A stretch of DNA of 36,385 bases from Chloroflexi bacterium RBG_16_57_11 (GTDB lineage Bacteria > Chloroflexota > Anaerolineae > Anaerolineales > UBA4823): NCBI GenBank assembly GCA_001795165.1, contig MGNS01000150.1, forward strand, positions 49,114 through 85,498. Reading direction: 5' to 3'. This document shows, one piece after another, positions 8,296 to 17,979 of the stretch. The position numbers were made by a program, and so were the translations under genes. Under the pieces are notes generated by a model, which saw nothing but the letters and a program-made list of their open reading frames with translations, was not told the origin of the DNA and did not search any database. Within the stretch, counting starts at the first letter, position 1. Each line of letters starts with the position of its first letter.

Positions 8296-9387
8296 ATGAA
8301 GAATTTTTTTATCCCAAATAAGTATATTTACCGATTGGGTCTTATCGCGAGCATTTTTCTTGCTTCTTACCTTGGATGCGCTCCCACCCCGATATTAAAA
8401 CCCCTCCAGACCCCGACCAGTTCGAATCCTCATATCTCACGCACAACAGTAGTTCCTTCGGAAGAGATTGTTCGGGAGATGATGGGGCATATCAATATCG
8501 ACAGGGCTCTGAACGACCTACGACGACTTACTGGTGAAGAACCAGTCTGCATTGACAACGAATGTTCCACTATTCAAAACCGGTTAACTGGCAGTGAAGG
8601 GCTCCAATGGGCAATGGATTATGTTTATGGAGAACTTGTCAGCCTGGGTTATTCGGTTGAGATACGAGATTGGTCTCGCTCTGGCTGGGCCGATCAGCAC
8701 CTGATTGCCAGGAAACCAGGCATAGTGAATCCAGGCGAAGAGATATACTTTGTCGCGCATTTGGATGGAGTTAAGCTGGCTGGGGCAACACGTTTCCCTG
8801 CTGCTGATGATGATGGGAGCGGTGTAGTTGATCTCTTGGAGCTAGCAAGGGTTCTGAGTCATTACACATTTGATCGTACGGTGGTTCTGCTCTTTTCAAC
8901 TGGAGAGGAGCAAGGAGCTCTTGGTATCCGAGACTACCTCGATCAGCTTTCCACGATAGAATTAAGCGCTATCAATTGTGTTGTCAGTATGGACATGGTA
9001 GGTTATGATGCAAACGAGGATGAGGTGATGGAGCTTTGGTCCGGAAATCATCAGCCTTCTTTTGTATTTACTCAGAGGCTAAGCGAGATTATCAATATGT
9101 ATCAACTCGACCTGGTGCCCAGGCTTGTCCCTGGCTGTACATGAGGTGATGAAGGTCCTTTCCGTGAGAAGGGAATAACAGCCGCAGTACAAATCGAGAA
9201 TTACAATGAGGGAGAACGTAATCCATACTATCACACGGCACGAGATAGTATCGCCTATATAAATCCAGATTATTTACTAGAGCAAATGAAGGCTACAACT
9301 GCTATCGCCGCTCATTTGGCTGTTCCATATGTGGCCGAAAATAGTATATTTTTACCATTAATAAATAGGCCTGTTTACTCTCATTGA
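8296..9387 (+). pseudogene. M28 family metallopeptidase lipoprotein interrupted by one in-frame TGA (9142-9144)
   Basis: Lipobox LASYLGC. Metal-ligand motifs are FVAHLDG, AADDDGSG, STGEEQG and VSMDMVGY. After the TGA the same frame stays open for 80 codons (GDEGPFREKGITA...NPYYHTARD...), encoding the family's C-terminal region. Confidence 0.7.
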
Positions 9388-9573
9388 GTAGTGGATGGGC
9401 CGAATTTTTTAGCAAAACCACTAATCGAGAAATTTGTAGAGAAAAAGCTGCCGTATTGCACGAACTGGGTTCCCCGCCGCGACGACTCTCGACGGCATAT
9501 CAAGGGTGTTTTCGAAAACTGCGGATCACCCGGTGACCCCGGCGGCGCAGCCATTCAGCGAATACCTCTGGGT

Positions 9574-10788
9574 TCATAAGATATCCCTCTCTGCGCGCTT
9601 GCTTGTATTGCGCCTGGATCTGTGGGCATTAACATTCTGCTGAAATAACAAGGCCTGGTATAAATCCCAGGTTTCTTGAAACATACGCTCAATCGTATAG
9701 CGATCAATGGCAAACTGGCGAGCAGCTTCTCCACACTCCTTGGCAAGGTGAGGTTCAAGCACAAAACGAGCAATTGCCTGGGTAATCTGTTCAGGCGCCC
9801 GGGGGTCGACCAGCAGCCCGGTGCGCTCGTGCTCAATGAGTTCCGCATTTGGCAAGATGGATGTCGCAACGATTGGTTTGGCAGCCGCCATTGCCTCTAA
9901 TATGGATATCGACATCCCTTCCCAAAGAGAAGGGCTAACAAACACATCAAGCGAAGCCAGAAAAGCCGGGATGTCTTTCACAAAACCGACAAACTTCACC
10001 TGATTGCCAAGCTCGAAGCTCTCTACCATCTTCTCCAGTTTCTCTCGCTCAGGTCCATCGCCTGCCACCAATAACGAAAACGGTACATCGGGCACTAGAG
10101 CCCTCAAGTGAAACATTGCCTCAACCAGGCTACCATTATCCTTCTGCAGTGAGAGGCGGCCAGTGCTGCCAATTAATATATAATCGTCAGAAAATCCCCA
10201 CATGCGCCTCAGCGTTTCCCGGCTATTATCATGAGAAGCGGTTATGAACGGTTCGGGTTCGATACCATTACAAATCACGATCAATTTCCTCAGGGGTGCA
10301 ATGTGGAGCCAGCCTGCCTGTTCCTCTACTGCATGGCTGACGCAGATTGCTTTGCTGGATGCCAGTGTGGCCAGGTATTCGAGTGGTGTGTAGAGAATTC
10401 GCTCCTTTAGAGTTGAGAACTCAGTCACGGTCCATCCAGCCTGGTGGTGCAAGATCACGGGTGTTCCGGCCAGGCGGGCAGCTAGCCTGCCCAAAAAACC
10501 AGGTGTAGCTGTGTAGGTATGCACGACATCGTATTCTTCTTGCCTGATCAGGCGCAATAACTTTACAAACGCTTGCATGTCTTTCAGCAGAGCAATATCT
10601 CGGGGGATATAGATATCTTCAATCACACGCAAACCAGGGACGGTCTTTAGTATACTGACCCAATAAGGATCTGTGGCCAGAATATCTACCCCCCAACCTT
10701 GAGAAAGCAGGTACCGGCACCAGCGCAGGATCAGGTATCCCGCCCCGCCGTAAGTAGAGTTGCCTGTGATTTGAAGCGTTTTAATCAT
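9574..10788 (-). CDS. Glycosyltransferase family 4 (GT-B fold)
   Basis: GGAGYLILRW N-terminal region and the C-terminal EGMSISILEAMAAAKPIVATS motif. The ATG at 10788 forms an ATGA overlap with the upstream stop. Confidence 0.9.
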   Translation of the reverse strand: MIKTLQITGNSTYGGAGYLILRWCRYLLSQGWGVDILATDPYWVSILKTVPGLRVIEDIYIPRDIALLKDMQAFVKLLRLIRQEEYDVVHTYTATPGFLGRLAARLAGTPVILHHQAGWTVTEFSTLKERILYTPLEYLATLASSKAICVSHAVEEQAGWLHIAPLRKLIVICNGIEPEPFITASHDNSRETLRRMWGFSDDYILIGSTGRLSLQKDNGSLVEAMFHLRALVPDVPFSLLVAGDGPEREKLEKMVESFELGNQVKFVGFVKDIPAFLASLDVFVSPSLWEGMSISILEAMAAAKPIVATSILPNAELIEHERTGLLVDPRAPEQITQAIARFVLEPHLAKECGEAARQFAIDRYTIERMFQETWDLYQALLFQQNVNAHRSRRNTSKRAERDIL

Positions 10789-12179
10789 GGCTGACACCCT
10801 ATAATTCCAGACTGCTCCACTTTACTGGTTGCTACCGGTTCTTCCTTTTTCTCCTCCTGCATATCGAGATACGCCCAGGCTAATCCAAATACAACCCAAA
10901 GATGCCGCCAATGGATCGAATCAATTACGAGGCTGTTCACTAGTTGCCCAGCGATGATCGCCAGGAGCACACCAGCCGTGATCATATTGGTCTTCCCCCT
11001 CTTATTCAAGGCTTGTTTTGCCAATGGAAAAACTAATCCTCCGATTAAAATGCACAATGCCACCAATCCCAGGAACCCTTGCTCGGCAAAGGTCTTTACA
11101 TATAAGCTGTGGGCGTTTGGCCAACCGGCCGGACCCACCCCTAAAGGTGAAGTAAATCCCGTGATGAGCCCCTCTCGCTGAATATTGAATCGCAATCGAT
11201 CATAGTCCTGGAGATGTGAGTGAGCTACGATAACATCATTCAATCCCAGGGATTGAAAAACGGCCAGTGCTGCCAGAATCAACAGCAAGCCAATTGCGAT
11301 AAGAAACAAGCCTTTTTTAGGAGAATGATGCAGAAGGAACATAAGGTAGAGACAACCGCAAAGAAACATGTTGATCCAAGCCCCCCGCGAGAGTGATAGC
11401 ATCGCACCGATACCCATTACCAATGCTGCCACCAATAATAAGGCATATTCTGATCGTTGTTTAGGCTGGTGAATCACCCAATCGACCAGCCAAAAAGCTC
11501 CTACCGCCAAAAACGGCCCGAACACATTGGCGTCTTTGAAAAAACCTACCCCTCGCGTCGACCAGGCCACCACTAAAATGGGTAAAGAAACGCCAAAGAA
11601 ACCCAGCACCACCGGTATGGCGTTCGAGATCGCCGCAATTGTATAACCGATCAGTAGCCAACGCATTGCCTGCGGATTAATCGCATACATGCGCACGAAC
11701 ATGAATAATACCAACACGTATAATGTAATCATCAGGAAGCGGAAGCTGGCTGAATTGACTCCATTGGCAAGCGTCGAGAGCAAATTCGCTACAACCAACC
11801 CCCATAGTCCCAACCAAATCAGCGGACTCCTTTTAAAGTTCGGCGGGGTTAACTGACCAGTTACCAACCCGATTACCAGAATCAAAACCAGTAGCAGATC
11901 GAAGGGGGCCGGCTCAAAACGGACAAACCCAATTAGGCAGAATGCTGTCAAAACCAACGAATCGTATTTCAGCACACCAATCAATACCATCATCAACCCG
12001 ACCGCTGGAATCGCCAGGAGCATAGTCCCAGGCAGGTCAACGTCGGGCAGCTGCCGCGCTATTACAACTAGAGTGATACTGATCAAGACACAGACCGTGA
12101 GCCCGATCAGAGCTGGATAAAATCCTGGCCTGATCATCGCTTGAAGATGAACCCTGCCATTCTCTCGCCCGTCGATCAT
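10785..12179 (-). CDS. O-antigen ligase/polymerase family membrane protein (Wzy-like)
   Basis: Polytopic hydrophobic protein with a LSLSRGAWINMFL Wzy_C-like motif. The ATG at 12179 forms an ATGA overlap with the upstream stop. Confidence 0.8.
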   Translation of the reverse strand: MIDGRENGRVHLQAMIRPGFYPALIGLTVCVLISITLVVIARQLPDVDLPGTMLLAIPAVGLMMVLIGVLKYDSLVLTAFCLIGFVRFEPAPFDLLLVLILVIGLVTGQLTPPNFKRSPLIWLGLWGLVVANLLSTLANGVNSASFRFLMITLYVLVLFMFVRMYAINPQAMRWLLIGYTIAAISNAIPVVLGFFGVSLPILVVAWSTRGVGFFKDANVFGPFLAVGAFWLVDWVIHQPKQRSEYALLLVAALVMGIGAMLSLSRGAWINMFLCGCLYLMFLLHHSPKKGLFLIAIGLLLILAALAVFQSLGLNDVIVAHSHLQDYDRLRFNIQREGLITGFTSPLGVGPAGWPNAHSLYVKTFAEQGFLGLVALCILIGGLVFPLAKQALNKRGKTNMITAGVLLAIIAGQLVNSLVIDSIHWRHLWVVFGLAWAYLDMQEEKKEEPVATSKVEQSGIIGCQP

Positions 12180-13303
12180 TGTCTTTGACCCTGGACTCCA
12201 TAAAGGGCATCCGCCACATCGGAGATCGTCTTCCACCGATCTACCCCCCTTTCATCGTACCGGTCATCGCCAAGTGTCTGATCGTAGAGCCCTTCGAATC
12301 GAAATACATACCACTGTATGCCTGCCAGTTTATTTCCTTGGGGAAGCCCAATCTGGGTGCTCCACGCGTACATCTCATCCGCCCGCGGCATCCGGTAGCT
12401 CAAGCCCGGGTTAGATTGTGCAAAGGTCTGAATCAGGGCAAAGAAACTTGTCCGGCTGCCATCCGGAGCTGGCGGAGATTGCTGGGCAAATCCATACAAT
12501 GCATCGATCAAATCCTCTCCGGCTCGAATGATCCTTTGTCTATCAGATGTACACGAACCTGGACGGATCAATAATCCATCCTTCGCCGGGACAGCCTCGA
12601 TGATCCGGTATTTACCAAACCCACCTAACCCACATTTGGTGAAATTGTATAAGCCGATGGCATCAAAATCAACGCATCCATTAGCGCAGGCGCTGTTCCA
12701 ACTGACCGATTCACCATAGATCAGTAACCGCTGGTTTGGAAACTCTTCCTCATGAATCTGAAGCCAGAATTTTCGTATTCTACTAGGGCTGACTAGCTTG
12801 GGATTTTCTGGATTGAAAGGTTCGTGAAAGGCATAGATGGCGTATGTATGCTCCAGAAAAGCTGGATGCTCTTTGAGAAATTGAAGGAACTGCGCTCCTC
12901 TACTATTCGGGTATCGATTGATGTCTATTTCCCATTCTTCAGCCTCTTTATTCCAGGTCCAGGCCGTTTGATCAGCTCCCCATAAGACGGGAATAATTTC
13001 AAGATTTTGCTCCACAATGGCGCGGTAATATCTCTCCCATTCACCCGGCTCAGTTGTTATGTTGTTTACGACTAAATTAATCCCTCTGGAAGACAATTCA
13101 TTGTAGTCCTCAATATAAGGATACTGAGCTCCATAAGCCCCTTTCCAATCGGTTACATCCGTCGGCTGGTTCGCGTTTTCATTACGAAAGATAACAGCTA
13201 ATAACATAAACAATAGAAATAGGACTACCGAAACTATTAAAATCCATCGGTGCTTAGAATGGAAAACATTTGGATCCATGATTTCTGAATTGTTAGATAT
13301 CAA
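12176..13303 (-). CDS. Membrane-anchored hypothetical protein, possible clan GH-A-like glycoside hydrolase
   Basis: The TTG start at 13303 is preceded by AAGGAG (7-nt spacer). One N-terminal TM helix (WILIVSVVLFLLFMLLAVIF). FHEPF and LIYGES segments resemble the NEP acid/base and nucleophile strands of TIM-barrel hydrolases. The functional call is weak. Confidence 0.6.
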   Translation of the reverse strand: MISNNSEIMDPNVFHSKHRWILIVSVVLFLLFMLLAVIFRNENANQPTDVTDWKGAYGAQYPYIEDYNELSSRGINLVVNNITTEPGEWERYYRAIVEQNLEIIPVLWGADQTAWTWNKEAEEWEIDINRYPNSRGAQFLQFLKEHPAFLEHTYAIYAFHEPFNPENPKLVSPSRIRKFWLQIHEEEFPNQRLLIYGESVSWNSACANGCVDFDAIGLYNFTKCGLGGFGKYRIIEAVPAKDGLLIRPGSCTSDRQRIIRAGEDLIDALYGFAQQSPPAPDGSRTSFFALIQTFAQSNPGLSYRMPRADEMYAWSTQIGLPQGNKLAGIQWYVFRFEGLYDQTLGDDRYDERGVDRWKTISDVADALYGVQGQRQ

Positions 13304-13361
13304 AGAGGATCTCCTTACTTCGATTTAAATCCCGCGCAGTTGATTCCCTGCTGGTTGTGAG

Positions 13362-14966
13362 TTATTCAGTGGAAGAATCCAACCTCGCTGACCATCGTCC
13401 TTTCAAGTGCTTCTTTAGTTCTATGGCTTCCTCCACCCTAAAGAGCAATATTCCACAGAAATAGATCGATAACCCAGCAACTCCCGAAATCAACAGTGAA
13501 AAGGACAGCAAGATCACATCAGGCAGGTCTGACAGCGGCCGTAGGAATTTGATTATGTTCTGACTTACTTCCAGCAATACCAGCCCCATAATTATTGAAG
13601 CGCAACAAGCTTTACTGGCCAGTCCGAACATTGTGCGCCAATAAGGTTTCAATTCATCGCGGATTAGACTAAAACTCGAAAAATACACCGCGGCAAACCC
13701 CCCCACATAAGTTCCTGCCAGGCCTGTTGCCCCAAAGAGTCTGCTCAACGGTTCAGCCAGGATCAGGTTCGTCGCGGCAAAGATAGCAGACAATACCAGA
13801 ATCATCCTGGGTCTGTTCGCCGCAAAAAGATAGTTAACCAGGAGCAACCAATGCCCATAAAATGGAATACTTAAGGCAAATAAGCCCAAGACTGGAGCCG
13901 CCAGCAATGTATCCGAATTGTCGAATGCGCCTCTTTCAAATAAGATTTGGGTGATTGGGTATCTCAAGGTGAATATTCCTACGGCCGCCGGAATGCCCAG
14001 AATCAACCCCAGTCTCAAACCAGTGTACAGGGTTTCTTTGGCTCTTTGAAGATGCACTGCCATGCCTTTGGCAAAGTCCGCAGCTAGAGATGAGAATGTA
14101 ACCACCTCCACACCGCTAAATAATAATGTTCCCACCACAGAAGCCATTCGATGGCCATAGCTGATTGCACTGATGCTCCCTGGCGGCAGAAAAGATCCGA
14201 TCACTCGTTGCAGGATCATGACCGACTGGACAATAGTGAAATTTCCGATATGGACCAGGAAAAGACGATGTGCACTGGATGACTTGATCAGAGCCAGCCT
14301 CATCACCCAGCGAAAATCAAACCCAATCTGGACCATGACGGCTATTGCCAGGATAATAAATTGGAATCCCGCCCCCACTGCAAAGCCCAAGGCAACTGAC
14401 TCAATCCCCAGGTATCGGGACGTAAATAGGATTATAGAAATGGCCGCCAAGCCTCGGATCAGCTCGAACATTGCCGGAACAGTAAAGTGACGGTGGGCAT
14501 TCAGGTAAGCCCGCATCACACCTGCGGGCCCCACAATGAGGGAGCTAAGAAATAAAATCCGGGTTAGCCGCACCGCCAGCTGGTGAGATATCCCATCCAG
14601 GCCTGGCGCAAGCAGCGAAACGAGTTGATCCGCCCCAATAATCCCAATGATCGAAAATCCCAAACAGATCATCCATCCAAGGTTAAAGAGTGTGCTGAAG
14701 AGAGCGCGTTTATTTTCGGTCTGTTCCAGGTCCATGTACTTGACAAAAATTGGAACGAACCCATGTTGGCAAGCGGGATAAATAAGCGACTCGAAAATCA
14801 ATGGGATCGTGTATGCCACAAAAAATGCATCGGTTTGAAAACCCAATCCAAATTGGGCTGCCATGACGAAATCGACCATCACTTTGGCAGCCGTACCCAG
14901 GCCGATTATGATGGATATTCTTCCCGATTCACGTATTAAGGTTCGTTTTTCAATCAGTGTATCCAT
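13362..14966 (-). CDS. MurJ/MviN-type MOP superfamily flippase (Wzx-like role in this cluster)
   Basis: Polytopic membrane protein. The N-terminal region VMAAQFGLGFQTDAFFVAYTIP matches the MurJ signature. The start is ambiguous (ATG 14966 or TTG 14978). Confidence 0.8.
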   Translation of the reverse strand: MDTLIEKRTLIRESGRISIIIGLGTAAKVMVDFVMAAQFGLGFQTDAFFVAYTIPLIFESLIYPACQHGFVPIFVKYMDLEQTENKRALFSTLFNLGWMICLGFSIIGIIGADQLVSLLAPGLDGISHQLAVRLTRILFLSSLIVGPAGVMRAYLNAHRHFTVPAMFELIRGLAAISIILFTSRYLGIESVALGFAVGAGFQFIILAIAVMVQIGFDFRWVMRLALIKSSSAHRLFLVHIGNFTIVQSVMILQRVIGSFLPPGSISAISYGHRMASVVGTLLFSGVEVVTFSSLAADFAKGMAVHLQRAKETLYTGLRLGLILGIPAAVGIFTLRYPITQILFERGAFDNSDTLLAAPVLGLFALSIPFYGHWLLLVNYLFAANRPRMILVLSAIFAATNLILAEPLSRLFGATGLAGTYVGGFAAVYFSSFSLIRDELKPYWRTMFGLASKACCASIIMGLVLLEVSQNIIKFLRPLSDLPDVILLSFSLLISGVAGLSIYFCGILLFRVEEAIELKKHLKGRWSARLDSSTE

Positions 14967-15229
14967 CAAGCCACTCAATAGGGCGGTCTCAGCGGTCTTT
15001 CGGAAAATATGCCAAGTTCATTTCGCCCCTTGTTTTTTGGCTCAACCCCCATTTGTATGATTCAGACCAACATGACTAAAATCAATGATTGTTGCCACAG
15101 CCCCTAACATGCAAAATCGCAAAAGATTTACACTTTGTGCCCCACCCAACTCGATCATCTGGGGTTGTGATTCGAAATCTATGTACGACTAATGAACCAT
15201 TTCCTTACACTTGCTAGGGGCATTTTCAT

Positions 15230-17455
15230 TCAGTCCAAGGTCGGGGATGCATTCTTTTCTTCACCCTCTAGCGATACTTGCAAAGTGGAACCGCCGCTAT
15301 TTTTGTCCTCGTGCTCATTTGTGTAATAACTGTTGTAACCATCCATGTGATGAGGCACTGCGTTGAGCACAACCCAGATCTGCTGAGCACCTGCCTGTTG
15401 CAAACTCTTCACTGCTTGCTGTGCAGCCCGGTGGCGCGTTTGACCTGCGCGGAGCACCAGAATCACCCTGTCCACGAGTGAGGTTAAAATCGCCGCATCT
15501 GCAACAGGGAGGACGGGCGGGCTGTCGATGATCACCAGGTCGGTCTTTTCTTCAAACTCCTTCAAAAAAATTCGCATGTGCGCCGAACCAATTACCTCGA
15601 CTGGATTGGAGGGCAGTTTCCCACTGGTGATCACCTTCAATCCATCCATCTTCGTAGCTTGTAGGTTTCCATCCAGGCTGGAATTGATTAGCGAGTCAGT
15701 TAACCCTTCTTTACCGTCTAGCTTGAATACTTGATGGAGCCGCGGCAGGCGTAAATCTGCATCTACCACAACGATGCGTTGACCCGAGCCTGCCATAGCC
15801 GCTGCCAGGTTAGCCAGGACAATCGACTTCCCTTCTTGCGAGGAAGGACTGGTTACCAGGAGAGACTGCAAAGGTTTGTCAAGGCTAGAAAACCGGATGT
15901 TAGCCGCCAACATTCGGAAGGCCTCGGCATACGGAGAGCGAGGTTTTGCCAGAACGACCAGCTCGTCTTCGCCTTGCGGGAGTTGCCCAATGATAGCCAG
16001 AGTGCTTGTGCCCGTCAGATCACTAATATCATCCGGGGTACGGATTGTGTCATCCAGATATTCCCATAGAAAGGCAATTCCAATTGCCACCACTGCACAG
16101 GTAAGAGCCGCCAGCCCAATATATAACACACGGTCTTCTTCTGGACTCTCTGGCAATTGGGCTGGTTCGACAATCGACACAGCCTGCGAGGCGTCATTTG
16201 CAGTCAACTGAAGCTGCTCATAATCTTGCTTCAGCGCTCGATAATCGTTACGATCCTCAACAAGCCGGCTTTCGAGGCGCGCTAATTCGGTCTCCGCTCG
16301 AATTTTCTCAGCGGAAAGGCTCTCAATCTCAGCCTGGGTTGCCTCGATACCCTCATAAAGGTCATCTATGTGGGTTTGTAAAGCCTCCAGCCGCGTTACA
16401 TAGGGTTCTGTCAGGAGCACCTGAATCTCGTCAAGAAATGCTCCCGCAATTGCATCTGCTAAGAGTTTGGCCTGGTTAGCATTTGTATCTTCAACACTAA
16501 GCCGGATCAACTGCGTACCACTAACCGTTTCGACCTTGACCTTATTCATCAGGTCATCTGGGCTCTCATCGGATTTTATTCTCGAGATAGCCGCTTCCAT
16601 AACTTTCCGTCCTGCCAGGATTTCTCCGTATGTCTGGGCGAGACGCTCATTTGCAAGAATGGCGGCATAATTGTCACCGCTTCTCTCATGGACTTGATCA
16701 ACCAGAAGAGTCACCGTAGCTTCATAAAAGAAGGAATCTTCTTGCGTGAGTACCTGGGCATCTTCCACGATCATTACACTGTTGGCCGCCTCGTCGATGG
16801 TTGATTGTAATTCTTCTTGATTCTGCTGCAGGGTCTGGAGATCAGCGCGTAATTCAGCCACAAAGGTCTGCAGACGAACCAATTTTGTCTCTTCCTCGAT
16901 CATCCTGGCACTTATGCCATCCATTGTCGACTCAGTCTCATTCATCTGAGTTGAAGCTGCACTCATCTGGTCTTGCAGACTCTGTAATAAATCTGTAAAC
17001 CGATCCGTTTGCAAAGCCTGAATATGGTCAGTGAATATCTCGGCAATCGTATTGGCAAGCAACGTGACTTTTTCAGGGGAAGATTCTCTGATCGTTAACC
17101 GAATCAATTGTGTATTTGCGACCGGCTCAGCGACGATTTTCTCGGATAAATCCTCTGGCGTCTCATCCAAGCCCAACCGGGTGATAACCTTCTCCAGGAT
17201 TAGCGGCCCCTTGAGCATCTGGCTATAGGTCAACGCCAGCCGTTCTCCAGCCATCAAGGTGCTATAATCGTTTGGGCTGGACTCCTGAGATGGTTCGACA
17301 AGCAATGTTGCAGTGGCTTTATAAACGGGAGGCAGCAAGGAGGTGACTGAGAAGGCAATAACCCCGCCGACCAACGTGCATCCCAAGATCAGCCACAGCC
17401 AACGGCGGATCACGGAAAAGATCCTGCGAAGATCGGTATTAGCGTTGTTTGTCAT
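15230..17455 (-). CDS. Polysaccharide co-polymerase / tyrosine autokinase (Wzc-type BY-kinase) with a duplicated Wzz domain
   Basis: The ATG at 17455 is preceded by GGAGAG. TM1 and TM2 flank two Wzz-like units. Walker A SPSSQEGKS, A' VVVDADLR, Walker B LVIIDSPP, and a C-terminal GYNSYYT tyrosine cluster. Confidence 0.85.
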   Translation of the reverse strand: MTNNANTDLRRIFSVIRRWLWLILGCTLVGGVIAFSVTSLLPPVYKATATLLVEPSQESSPNDYSTLMAGERLALTYSQMLKGPLILEKVITRLGLDETPEDLSEKIVAEPVANTQLIRLTIRESSPEKVTLLANTIAEIFTDHIQALQTDRFTDLLQSLQDQMSAASTQMNETESTMDGISARMIEEETKLVRLQTFVAELRADLQTLQQNQEELQSTIDEAANSVMIVEDAQVLTQEDSFFYEATVTLLVDQVHERSGDNYAAILANERLAQTYGEILAGRKVMEAAISRIKSDESPDDLMNKVKVETVSGTQLIRLSVEDTNANQAKLLADAIAGAFLDEIQVLLTEPYVTRLEALQTHIDDLYEGIEATQAEIESLSAEKIRAETELARLESRLVEDRNDYRALKQDYEQLQLTANDASQAVSIVEPAQLPESPEEDRVLYIGLAALTCAVVAIGIAFLWEYLDDTIRTPDDISDLTGTSTLAIIGQLPQGEDELVVLAKPRSPYAEAFRMLAANIRFSSLDKPLQSLLVTSPSSQEGKSIVLANLAAAMAGSGQRIVVVDADLRLPRLHQVFKLDGKEGLTDSLINSSLDGNLQATKMDGLKVITSGKLPSNPVEVIGSAHMRIFLKEFEEKTDLVIIDSPPVLPVADAAILTSLVDRVILVLRAGQTRHRAAQQAVKSLQQAGAQQIWVVLNAVPHHMDGYNSYYTNEHEDKNSGGSTLQVSLEGEEKNASPTLD

Positions 17456-17700
17456 AGTTACTCTCCAAGTGAAAAGTTCCGTGCTCCGCCCTGCCGACAT
17501 CGGAAATCATTACAGCGTTCTGACAGGTCTGTTTTCCTTCAAGGTCACCCCCTTCGTTCGGTCTTCCAGGAGTTGTTTTGGCTTTAACCCTTTGACGACC
17601 TAAAATTACAATCATTATTTTCACTATTAAGATCAACCGTTAAGCAATGCTCATTCATGTTTGACATCCAGTAGCCCGTTATTACCGCACGATTTCATCG

Positions 17701-17741
17701 ACAAAAAGACGTCACAGCAAGCTGGCGGCCACGCTGTGACG
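17701..17741 (-). terminator. Intrinsic-terminator-like hairpin on the minus strand
   Basis: Perfect 9-bp inverted repeat CGTCACAGC / GCTGTGACG (17710-17718 / 17733-17741) with a 14-nt loop. On the minus strand it is followed by UCUUUUUGU. Confidence 0.35.
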
Positions 17742-17935
17742 CCTAATAACACACCTGGCAGTACCCAGAGAATGAAGTGCACGGGAACAGCCAATATAGA
17801 GACATAAAGTTCACCCCTTTCCCCTGATGGATTATTAACCATTGACAAAATAAAACTTACTTATAAATGCAAACGCATTTCAAGCAAGGCATTTCTCTAA
17901 CCTAGAGGTCTCCATCCCTTGGCGAGATGAGGTGA

Positions 17936-17962
17936 GATGTGGTGTGGTGTGGTGTGGTGAGG
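17936..17962. repeat. GGTGT pentanucleotide microsatellite (GATGT GGTGT GGTGT GGTGT GGTGA GG)
   Basis: Read directly from the sequence. It is preceded by the related decamers GAGATGAGGT and GAGATGTGGT. Confidence 0.7.
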
Positions 17963-17979
17963 CAGAGATCCTGGGCTTT

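Noticed and set aside
9391-9579. 62-aa plus-strand ORF in the convergent gap after the M28 gene
   Set aside because: It has a non-ATG start (GTG at 9391), no SD, no recognisable motif and a low-complexity Pro/Gly tail, and it overlaps the GT4 stop region. It is probably non-coding.
17651-17848. 65-aa minus-strand ORF with a hydrophobic segment in the large intergenic gap
   Set aside because: No Shine-Dalgarno precedes either the TTG or the ATG. The terminator-like hairpin (17701-17741) lies inside the ORF, and I recognise no homology. I treat the region as non-coding RNA or leader candidate instead.
17936-17962. GGTGT repeat as a possible CRISPR or minisatellite array
   Set aside because: The unit is only 5 nt with no spacers, so it is a simple microsatellite. 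No CRISPR-like 25-40-nt repeats occur anywhere in the window.
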